A stretch of DNA of 63,877 nt, filler included, from Octopus bimaculoides (Eukaryota): the NCBI RefSeq assembly GCF_001194135.2. It is 5 parts of 5 records of this genome, joined end to end, with 100 filler letters (N's around TTAATTAATTAA, not from the genome) between each part and the next. Parts side by side here need not be neighbours in the genome. Positions count along the whole stretch, not along the records: positions 47,541 to 56,546 come from NC_068987.1; positions 56,647 to 62,573 come from NC_068992.1; positions 62,674 to 63,877 come from NW_026305235.1; 2 more parts are not named here. The stretch is one strand, 5' to 3'. The position numbers were made by a program, and so were the translations under genes. Each line of letters starts with the position of its first letter. The first letter of the stretch is position 1. The notes beneath the pieces were generated by a model. That model was not told the origin of the DNA and searched no databases. It saw only the letters and a program-made list of their open reading frames with translations. Positions 53,161-63,877 of the stretch are shown here, in pieces.

Positions 53161-53972
53161 TGAGCAGATCTATGATCCAACCCTTGCAGAGATGAGTGCC
53201 CTTTTCCTTAATATTCAGGTTTACCTTGGTTAAGGTATTCCCTCCCTTTTAGCATGATCGTTCCTGATATGAGGGATCTTCATTGATATTTCTTGTATCG
53301 CAAATACTCGACCAGAAATCCCTGAATTTGTAAAGTTTGTTACTGTGGACCGTGTTCTTGTTTGCTCATAGTCACTGGTTCTTCTCCTGTTCTTTATAAT
53401 TAAAGCTTCATTTTTCATTTTACTCTTCTGTTTCTTTTGTTTTTACTCATATCCTTCTGTTAATATCTCCTCCGAAACATGTATTTTCTTTACCTGTTTC
53501 TATCTGTTTTTAATTTGGGAATGAAATCATAGTTTCCATTCAACATATTAGCTACATTAGATCAGTGTTTCCCAATATGGGGCGTGGGAAAATTAGGTTG
53601 GAGCCTTCCTTAGCGTGGGTTGTAATAATTTTTGCAAGTTACTTGAGTGAACACTTATCGACCCTAAGCCTCTCTTTGGACATTGAAATGAAAAAAAAAA
53701 AACCATCGCCATGCAATATTTAAATCTAAACCACCACGGGAATCGATATAGCTACGTCCAATCAGCGTATCGAATGAAGTATTTGCATTTGTTAGGCGTT
53801 TGTTTCTCTATTTCAATATATATTCTCCAGTGTCAAGCGTTTATAAAAGCAGCTGTCCACTCCGCTCACTATTGCTGATTGATGCTTCGAATCCCGTTCT
53901 TTCTATGCTGTGCAAAAATCGTCATCTCCATCGCTTCATTGCTTCCTTAGATTTGTGTCAGCCATTTATAAA

Positions 53973-54456
53973 ATGAGTAAACAAAGCAAGAAGACTCGTT
54001 AATATTCGGTAGAGTTTTTGAAGTTTAGGTTTATTCCCAGTGAACATGATGAGCGTAGACCGTTCTGCTTATTGTGTCATTTGAAAGTAAGCAATGAGCA
54101 TTGAAGGCAGGCTGGTTAAAAGCGCACTTCAGGATAAGATATACCAACAATTCTATTTCAAATTTGGGAATACTTTAAATAACTGAAACAAAATTTTGAA
54201 AACCAAACAAAACTCACTTCACTTTTTGCTGCAAAACAGGCGTCCCACACTCGTGTTCTCGAAGCCAGCTAAGAAATCTCCCTGCTTATAGCAAAACATA
54301 GAAAGAACCACACCATTGCGGAGCAGCTGGTTAAACAAGCTATCTCAATATTCTTAAAAACCGTACAACAAAAAGGTAATAGTGATGTCAGGGCCATGCC
54401 ACTCAGTAACTCCAACAGAATTGATGAAATTGGGCAAGATGTTGAAAACCAGCTTA
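53973..54456 (+). pseudogene. Buster/ZBED5-like transposase N-terminus
   Basis: MSKQSKKTR*YSVEFLKFRFIPSEHDERRPFCLLC...LLIAKHRKNHTIAEQLVK...MPLSNSNRIDEIGQDVENQL; stops and frameshifts. Confidence 0.8.
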
Positions 54457-55103
54457 TACTCTAGGCACAAGGCCCGAACTTTTGGGGGAGGGGGCCAGTC
54501 GATTAGATCAACCCCAGTACGCAACTGGTACTTAATTTATCGACGACCCAGAAAGGATGAAAGGCAAAGTCGACTTCAGCGGAATTTGTGGTCAGAAAGT
54601 AAAGACAGACGAAATACCTCTAAGTATTTTGTCCGGCGTTCTAACGTTTCTTATTTCTTTACTACCCACAAGGGGCTACACACAGAGGGGACAAACAAGG
54701 AGAGACAAACAGATTAAGTCGATTATATCGACCCCAGTGCGTAACTGGTACTTATTTAATCGATCTCCAAAGGATGAAAGTCAAAGTCGACCTCGGGGGA
54801 ATTTGAACTCAGAACGTAGTGGCAGACGAAATACCACAATACATTTCACCCGGCGTGCTAACGTTTCTTATTTTTTTATTGCCTACAAGGGGCTAAACAT
54901 AGAGGGGGACAGACAAGGACAGACAAAGGGATTAAGTCGATTATATCGACCCCAGTGCGTAACTGGTACTTCATTTATCGACTCCGAAAGGATGAAAGGC
55001 AAAGTCGACATCAGCGGAATTTGAACTCAAAACATAACGTCAGACGAAATACTGTTAAGCATTTCACCCGACGTGCTAACGTTTCTGCCAGCTCGCCGCC
55101 TTA
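54457..55103 (-). mobile_element. Three nested SINE family A copies sharing one intact head
   Basis: Identical junctions ctaacgtttc|ttatt at 54650/54651 and 54867/54868. Only the rightmost copy has tgccagctcgccgcctta. Confidence 0.9.
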
Positions 55104-56164
55104 AAAATGGGGATTATTACGAGAAGTGTGAGGAAGAAAGTCGTGTATATTAAATGGTTCTGTGAGGAGACGTTCTTTATTGTGTTTTGTGATGCGCGTG
55201 TTCCAGAAGTTCGTCTAAAATTTCTTATGCACGAAACCGGTACGTGGTGCGAAAAAGGTTGAAGACTAGTGGTATGTAGGATGTAGTTCGTGATATAACA
55301 TGTCTAAAGGAAAAACAGGATGGTTAAGGCTTGGTGTACTTCTACAGTATGTCTGCAGGATGAAGGCTAACCTGAAGCGACATATCAATAGCACTTCATT
55401 AGACAGCAACATTCTTAACATTTTGTACTTTGCCAGTCAGCTCTAAACAAGCTTTTATTTCTCTTTGTCATAGTAAACATGACTTATTTAGTCTGTTTTT
55501 CTTAAACTATTTCAATATAAACAAACTTAACGACAACATTGCAGATCAAACGATGACACAAATATTTTTAAAGCATTTACTTCATATGTAATAATTAATT
55601 ATATTGCAAATTGTAATGGAATATATGTTTTTTACGTCGACACACATTTAAATAGAAGTATTCGAATATGTCAGAAATTTGTGAAAAGTATATTCGAATA
55701 TTAATTAAAGATGACTGAGAACTACTCTTCAACTACACTGTTGTGTGTATTAATCAAATCTTTTCAAGACATTAAAGCTACTGAATTTTACTATCGCTCT
55801 TGAATTTTTCTGCCGATGATACATAACATAAACTGCATACACAAGCCAACGAGGATGACATTGCGTAGTGGTTGGACCTGTGAAGTATAGGAGGTGAAAG
55901 ACAGAGTGGAAAATGTAGTCGCTGAAACACTGTTTTTATCATTGACAAAAATAGCAACATGCAGCAACATCAACCAAGAAGTTAAAACAATTATATCAGC
56001 AAAACAGAAAAACAAAAAAAAACGTAATAATGTTTCCAACCACTTCATGACTCACAAAATAGTTTAATAAGAAATATTGACGATTTTCTGCGTTATGAGA
56101 TACGTTCACTAGGTAGAACCTTGCCAGACAAAACTAAACAGTATAATTGCGATACTCTCAGGCA

Positions 56165-56230
56165 GGGCCGGCCTTAGGAGATGTGGGGCCAAATTGGGAA
56201 TAATTTTTGTGGTCTCCAGGTTCCCCTTCA
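56165..56230 (+). mobile_element. hAT-like terminal fragment
   Basis: cagggccggccttagg..tggggcc is typical of hAT-derived MITE ends; the partner end was not seen. Confidence 0.35.
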
Positions 56231-56254
56231 ACTTGCACCAAATTTATAGAATGA

Positions 56255-56380
56255 TAAAAATCAAACCATGCCAAACCAGACGGGTGCCAGACGTAGCCCC
56301 TGGCTTGTTCGCCTTTGCCAAACCGTCCAACCCATGCCAGCATGGAAAACGAACGTTAAATGATGATGATGATGATGATA

Positions 56381-56445
<65 letters not shown>
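56255..56445 (+). mobile_element. SINE/LINE 3' tail with a (GAT)n tract
   Basis: ccgtccaacccatgccagcatggaaaacgaacgttaaa followed directly by (tga)n. Confidence 0.55.
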
Positions 56446-56694
56446 ATGCATATATATATACATACAAGTATTATGTTTATATTTATGTGTGTGTGTGTAT
56501 GTGTGTGTGTGTGTATGTGCGGTAACTTTCTGAAACATGGATAATTNNNNNNNNNNNNNNNNNNNNNNNNNNNNNNNNNNNNNNNNNNNNTTAATTAATT
56601 AANNNNNNNNNNNNNNNNNNNNNNNNNNNNNNNNNNNNNNNNNNNNTAGACAGACAGACAGATAGCTATACATTCATATATATATGTATATATG

Positions 56695-56729
<35 letters not shown>

Positions 56730-58089
56730 GCACATCTGCACTTAGATAGATAGGTGCAGTTATGCAAGTACGTGTGCATGTGAATGTTTCTGTGTGCATA
56801 TTGCAACTCATTTCAAATGTATGCATACACATACTTTCACATGCACATATTCATTCACATGCTTACAAACACACACGTACACACGTATATATATACACAT
56901 AGATATACGCACACTAACCCTTGCACATATCTACGCACACACACAGTCATTGCTGTAGTATCTGATATAGATGGCAGATATTTTATGCCTTCGAAAATAC
57001 AATAAAAAAACAAGATTTATAATTGCTTATAAATAAATTAATTTTACATCAAAGTTTTAATTGCTTAAGAGGAATTTTTTTTAGCGACATTTTCTTGTAT
57101 AAGTTTTCTTCCCTGCTTAGTAATTATCTGTACTTTACCTTGGTCTAAAACTTAAGATTAGAGTTAAATTGAATTGATTCAAGGTACTGTAGGAAATATG
57201 TATAAATGCAGTCGACCTCTTCCACCAAGATTTGATCTCAGGCCCTGAAGCATCATATGAAAACTGTATGTCAATTTGGTCGCTAACGTTTCTACCATTA
57301 TTAGACAGGTTTAAAATGATTGATAAAAGAGTCGCAGTTGGAAGAATGTATTAGTTTTTGATAAAGACAAAAAAATTAAGATGGTTTTTAGGAAAAAAGC
57401 AATTTAAATAAACATTGCTGATATTTATAATGGAACACTGTCATAATAGTACGATATGTAGTTGTTCAAAGTGTTAGAAATAACAACCAAATCTCCCTCA
57501 AATCACAAAACAGCCTGTGAAATGTAAAAATATCTATACTTAAGTTGTAGATATTACAACCAGATAGGATGGTTAAGTCTACCAAAACGCTTGACCAGAG
57601 TTTGCCCTGCTTAAGACTATAAATAACAAACAATGACAAACACATCTAATTAAGGAATTATGTTTAATCAAAAGGCGTATGAATGACTTGTTGCTTTATG
57701 ATTAATGATTAACGACTAATATTTGTCAAGGAAAATTAACAGACAAACATCTGGCATGCTGTCATATGCTACAGAACATGTAGAAGTGTTTTACAAATGG
57801 TATTATATATATATAAATATATATACATGTATACATGATGTCTATTTATGCGTGTGTGTATGTATGTATGTATGTATGTATGTTGGTCGGTAGGTATGTA
57901 TGTAAGAGGAGTAAGATATAAAATCTGGAATCAAATATTCTGATGAAATTTCTAAGATTTTTGGCAATCAGACACTAATGGCGCAGTGGCTGATTTAAAG
58001 CTTTACCTGTAGCTGAAGAATCAATTATAGCGAAAAACTATTAGTTTTAAGGTTACTGAAACATAAACCAGCCACTGATCATATATATA

Positions 58090-58471
58090 TATATATATAT
58101 ATATGGAACAAAAACGTAATAGAGGGCATTAAAACGTTTGAACAGATAGACGATACAAAAGAAGACGAGAGAATCAACAATTAGAAGGACAGGCAAAAAA
58201 AGACGGGTCATTCTTGGCTTTCTTTCATCAGTGAAGTACCAGAAGTCACGACCATTTCGACAGTCACTCTTGAGATGGTTCGATCTGGTTGCCAACAAAT
58301 AAGTCTAAGCTAAGAGCATTAGACTCATTTGTAAGAAAGTTAGCGAATGTGTACAGCAACAAAGACAAAAAAAGTCAAAGAAAGATGTAGAAACAACAAA
58401 CAGGTGTATTGGTTTAATGCTCGGGAAGAATGAAAAATTCTTTAACGATTCGAGCCTATGCTCTTTGTCAG
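58090..58471 (-). mobile_element. Penelope-like terminal repeat with an inactivated HHR
   Basis: Minus 58471-58437: CTGACAA-a-gagc[atag]gctc-GAAT-cgtt-a-aagaa. Two core substitutions, and the helix I 5' strand is replaced by (TA)n. Confidence 0.45.
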
Positions 58472-58570
<99 letters not shown>

Positions 58571-59387
58571 CAAACCATCCAGATCCAGCCTTTCACAATT
58601 ATCCTACAAGGTCCTTCTTAAAATAGACAATCGCATCATTGAAATTTCAAAGTTATGATCTAATGCATGGTTAATCCAGAACCATGTAAATAAATAAGCA
58701 GTGCATTTGACAGAGTAATCCTAATGCTAATGGATTAAAACCAGTTTAAGCATAATATGAGAACATTTGCTGCTGAGGTGACTCAATGCCGAGTGGAGTC
58801 AAGTTTCGCTTAACAGCATTTACCACCATGAGTGATCGACACTAGCAGAACGAGCCTTTAGGTGTTACTTGAATTCCAGTATCAGAAGATTAATAATTAG
58901 CTCAGAATGAATACAAAATATGTAAGTTTGGCAAGATTGTTACAATAAATAGCTGGAATGTTTGCAGGTATTTTGGTTTTGCATGAACCGTAACAAGGAA
59001 TAATTATTGTGTGGGAACAAAAATTGAAACCGTTGAAAACAAGTGAGACTTTTGTGTGATTTTCCTATTCAAATGGAAAGGATAAAATGCAACAGGTGAG
59101 ATCTTGTGGTCGTTGAATGGAACATGAAGAAACTCTGTATTTTGATCGATGTGGCATAAACATTTGGCACAAGAGTAAAAAGAAAGGGAAAAGAAAAGGA
59201 AAAATATTCTATAAACTTGAAATACACTTCAGGTGCTGAAAGGAAGATGTTTAATATAGTCATGGTATTCATTGGTTAATATTGAAATTTTAGGAACAGT
59301 GACGAATGAACTGAGAACCAAGCTTAAAAAATGTGTTGTCCTCCTGGGTGGAGATGCAGTGTAGAAGACATGAGCTTCTAATTTCAG

Positions 59388-59428
59388 CAAGGATTACCCG
59401 AAAGGTCTTCAATACACTGTAAAAGCAG
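59388..59428 (+). CDS. Candidate 41-nt exon (KDYPKGLQYTVKA or QGLPERSSIHCKS), product unknown
   Basis: cttctaatttcag| acceptor with a ctaat branch-like motif, and CAG|gtatga donor. No homology recognised. Confidence 0.2.
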
Positions 59429-59544
59429 GTATGAAGAGCAGAAGGTACAAAATGCTCTTCACTGTTAACGCTCCATAGAAAACATAATTAAACCGGAATA
59501 AACAAAAGTTCCATGAAACAAGAGAGCAGGACTAATAATAATAA

Positions 59545-59991
59545 TAATATTCCTTTCTACTGCAAGCACAAGGCCTGAAATTTTGGTGGTAGGATGAGTC
59601 GATTACACCGACCCCAGTGCGTAACTGGTACTTAATTTATCAACCCCGAAAGGATGAAGGCCAAAGTCGACCTCTGTGGAATTTGAACTCAGAACGTAAA
59701 GACAGGCGAAATACTGCTAAGAATTTCGCCCGGCGTGTTAACGATTCTGCCAGCTCGCCGGCAATAATAGTAATAATCCTTTCTTCTACAGGCACAAGGC
59801 CTGAAATGTGGGAAATGAGACTAGTCGATTATATCGACCGCCGTATTTCACTGCTACTTAATTTATCGAACCCGAAAGGATCAAGGGCAGGGTCGACCTC
59901 GGCGGAATTTTAACTCGGAGCATGGCGACGTACGAAATACCGCTAAGCATTTCGTCCGGAATTCTAACAATTCAGGCAGCTTATCGCCTTA

Positions 59992-59992
<1 letters not shown>
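59545..59992 (-). mobile_element. Two tandem SINE family A copies in an (AAT)n tract
   Basis: Copies at ~59545-59760 and 59775-59992, each with a head and a tail. Confidence 0.9.
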
Positions 59993-60041
<49 letters not shown>

Positions 60042-60426
60042 TGATGATGATGATGATGATGATTTGTTTTGTTTGCCACAGGGGCGAAGGATGAGAGGTA
60101 CAATACAATGACAGACAAAAAGTGAGGGGTTTACGTATAATGAAATGATTTTGTTAAAAAAAGGAAAGTGTACAGTAAAAGAAAGAGAGGAGGAATAGAT
60201 CGTATACAACAGGAAGACGAAAGAAGAAGAGGGAAGAGGACAGGAGTGATACACGAGGATATCAAAGGATAATGAAGGAATCCTGCTGTCCAAGATATCC
60301 CTGAACACCAAGGGCAACTGCCCATACCCCTCCCACCATTCCTTTTCTCTGACTCACAGACCTACACTTAGAGCGGTACCATCCACTCGTGCCCTTTTCG
60401 CAACTCTCTCCCTCTCTCTCTTCCTC

Positions 60427-60457
<31 letters not shown>

Positions 60458-60626
60458 CACTCTCTCTCCATGTACACTTTCCTTTTCAAGTGATGGAAAC
60501 AGCGAATATCCTGCGGAAAGGATTGTCTATCTGAGGTTACATCACTTGACAGGCAATCAGTTAAACGATCCAGTGTTAACAAGATCCTCAACGACAGAAT
60601 GAAGGAATACCAATAATAAAAATGAA

Positions 60627-61050
<424 letters not shown>

Positions 61051-61051
61051 C

Positions 61052-61143
<92 letters not shown>

Positions 61144-61743
61144 CAATAACAATTTAGTCTTAAGCAACAAGCATTGGAGTACTCGAGATGCATTCAAGAA
61201 TCAATGTATTTATCATATCATTATAATAGTAATGCTTCCATTATATTCAGAACATATACAACAGAAGTGTGTGTATGTGTGTGTGTATGTCTTAGCTTGC
61301 GTGTGTGTACGAGTCTATTCATATTGAACACTTGCAAACAGGAATATGCGTGTGCACGTGCACACACTCATACACAGTCACACACACATATACGTATGTA
61401 TATATATATATATGTGTGTGTGTGTCTATATATATATATATATGTTCATATATTTTATGTAATAGACATCAATACGAACATATATATATATATATAAACG
61501 TTATAGAAAGAGATTAGAATGAACATGGACTTCGGAAGGATATCCCTTTTTATTATTGGTTTAAATGGTTGGTTCTCGTCTTTGGCCATGCTGTAGCACT
61601 TCTATCAGAGATATCAACTGTTTCTTTTACCAACCTCGGTAAAGCAAGACACAAACAGAACCTGATGAGGATTGGAACGCACAACGTAACGAATCGCAGT
61701 CAAATATTACAAGCCATTCGGACCGACGTGCAATGTATGTGTG

Positions 61744-61801
<58 letters not shown>

Positions 61802-62673
61802 CGAGGGAGAGAGAGAGGGGGAGAGAGAGAGAGAGAGGGAGAGAGAGTGAGAGAGAGAGAGAGAGAGAGAAAAGGTTGAGTTCCATATCAGCCTTTGTTT
61901 TTTGGGGTTCCAAAAGCTGATTTCTGATAAAGATTCTTCATATTCCATTGGTAACTGACTGTTGTAAGAGTTTTTCGAATATCAAAATGTTACAAGTATT
62001 AAGTGTGTTATGAGCATTTATAGAACACATGTCCTATAGAAACTCAACAAACAATTAAAAATGGAGAAGAGAAATTGTTATAAGTTTTTAAAAAATTTCA
62101 TCCATGCATCCGATCGTTTCGATCGGTAATATTAATATGTATGTAACATGGTAAAATCTAATGTAATTATGATTATAATCAAATTAATTACATATTACTG
62201 TTCTCAGTTCGAAAAAAGAATACATCAGAAGAATGTTAAACTGTGACAGAAGACTGGATGGAGTGAGTGCGACATATTCAGATATATATAATATCTTTAT
62301 GAAAGATAAAAACATGCTCAGATAGTGTTGATTCTCGTTGTGTATAAACTATAACTACATGAGTTATAGATCATACACATTGTCGTTGAATGCTCCAAAT
62401 GAGGAGTACACAACTGATAAAGGGTCCTTTCTTTGTGTTTACTTGTCCTGTTCTCCATGTTTTCGCGTTATTTACGTATTTCACTCGTTTCTCCCTCGTT
62501 TATTTACGTATTTCATGTTATTTGCACCGTTGGTGACGTTCTGTACCAATATATGCATGTATATATATATATANNNNNNNNNNNNNNNNNNNNNNNNNNN
62601 NNNNNNNNNNNNNNNNNTTAATTAATTAANNNNNNNNNNNNNNNNNNNNNNNNNNNNNNNNNNNNNNNNNNNN

Positions 62674-62695
62674 TCAGCGTGATATGGCCGTAAGC
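62674..62695 (-). rRNA. 5S rRNA: 5' 22 nt of a 5S rRNA gene, truncated by a scaffold gap
   Basis: Minus strand GCTTACGGCCATATCACGCTGA, then Ns. Confidence 0.65.
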
Positions 62696-63570
62696 GGTTA
62701 TCAAATTGCCTTTTAGTACCATTATTCTAACAAAACGACTAAATGCAAGCACCTTATAACATTTTACAATTTATACTCACTTTTGTCACAATTTTCAAAT
62801 CTTTACTCTACTTTTCTTCTACCAGTTCACTATTGCATCGGCTGATCAAACTTTCATCCTTTCTTTTATTCTAACTCCCAAATACACCACTAGCAACTAG
62901 CTTCACGCTCACTCGCTTTCAGATTTCACTTTGCCGCTGCCAATTAGTCAATAGTCCTTCACTGTCACGCCACACTGCCCTTACTACTACTACTTGTGTC
63001 CCAATCTTACCCACAAATGCTCCTAAACATATCACCACACGTCATCACAAATTTATGCTCTGGCTATCCGCACCAATAGCAAATAGCTATGGATCTTCCT
63101 GACGCGACGCTCGCCACATCAACGTCCAGTATTTAGCAAAATTTCCCCGCTTGTGACTCGCCCATCTTTCATTTCACTTCCGTGGACTTTATGCTAGTGG
63201 AAATCACTCTCTACGTGCATATTTCTAAAGCCCACATCAAGTCTAGTGACTGGTGCATCATGGGACACTTTACAGCGAGCGATGTTGTCGGAGGTAAACA
63301 AGCAATGCTGCTTATGACAACAACCTTCATCGAAAGTATGCTAATTGCAACAGGCCGGCAAAGACAAAGCGACAGATGCTNNNNNNNNNNTCGAAAGTAT
63401 GCTAATTGCAACAGGCCGGCAAAGACAAAGCGACAGATGCTGAGATGTGAGTAAAATAAAACTCAGTAATACACATACAAGATAACAAAAATTCAATTCA
63501 TAACCACACAAAGATTTCCTATGTTCAGACGGGGTATTACAGAAAACAGTTCGAATGACACCTCTCCATC

Positions 63571-63690
63571 GTTTACGGCCATATCACTATGAAAACACCG
63601 GTTCCCGTCCGATCACCGAAGTTAAGCAAAGTCGAGCCTAGTTAGTACTTAGATGGGTGACCGCTTGGGAAACCTAGGTTCTGTAAACAT
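63571..63690 (+). rRNA. 5S rRNA: 5S rRNA gene (divergent variant)
   Basis: GTTTACGGCCATATCAC..CCGATCACCGAAGTTAAGC..GTTAGTACTTAGATGGGTGACCGCTTGGGAA..CTGTAAAC; terminal helix GTTTACGG/CTGTAAAC; T-runs at 63692-63694 and 63701-63704. Confidence 0.92.
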
Positions 63691-63773
63691 CTTTCCGTTC
63701 TTTTATTTCAGAAGTATTCTCTACTTCAAGTCTGTCTCTTCTTTCGCTTTTGCCTCGCACACAAATATACCTA

Positions 63774-63877
63774 ACTAGCAGAAACACCCGGCGTTGCCCG
63801 GGTTAAAGAGAAGAATGAAATCTAAAGCCGCCGTCTAGACTACGCAACCCTCAACTGTTAGTAGCTACGATACCATA
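63774..63877 (+). mobile_element. Helitron/Helentron-like left end (runs off the window)
   Basis: actagcagaaac-acccgg[cgttgc]ccgggt: the ACTAG start plus subterminal hairpin typical of these elements. Confidence 0.55.

Larger units (their letters stand above)
53563..55271 (+). mobile_element. Internally deleted hAT (Buster/Charlie-type) DNA transposon interrupted by SINEs
   Basis: Left TIR cagtgtttcccaa preceded by the 8-mer cattagat (central TA). Degenerate right end aaaaaggttgaagactagtg; TSD not confirmed on the right. Confidence 0.7.

Noticed and set aside
61662-61701. CTGATGA..GAATCGCAGTC hammerhead-like string
   Set aside because: GAAA is mutated, helix II is only 3 bp and there is no helix I; too degenerate to support.
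63330-63441. 51-bp direct repeat flanking a 10-N gap
   Set aside because: An exact duplicate on both sides of a minimal gap is an unmerged contig overlap.

Overview
This is AT-rich, gap-riddled eukaryotic DNA, almost certainly from an octopus. That call is inferred from the tRNA-derived/CORE SINE families, the R4/Dong- and CR1-type LINEs and the microsatellite load. No intact protein-coding gene can be supported. Nearly all listed ORFs are microsatellite or N-gap artefacts, and the real coding signal comes from decayed transposons: RLE-type LINEs, CR1 LINEs, a Buster-type hAT, Tigger-like and Penelope-like pieces. RNA genes are one full 5S rRNA gene (63571-63690 +) and the 5' end of a second, different 5S type pointing the opposite way (62674-62695 -). 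The main finding is a set of hammerhead ribozyme (HHR) motifs. The best is a ~320-nt, highly self-complementary non-coding element at 13282-13600 with a type I hammerhead at the tip of a long helix; its core carries the compensatory U3-A8 pair instead of C3-G8, making it a retrozyme-like circular-RNA candidate. A second, canonical-core minimal HHR lies at 40865-40912 (-), and decayed HHRs lie near 11.5, 18.9 and 58.4 kb. Other notable structures: SINE copies nested into their own head at an identical nucleotide, a CR1 derivative with a Myb/SANT-like 5' ORF whose 3' stem-loop covaries with a SINE tail, microsatellite-embedded R4/Dong ends, and a 108-bp-arm fold-back. All structure and homology calls were made by eye; none were computed or searched.
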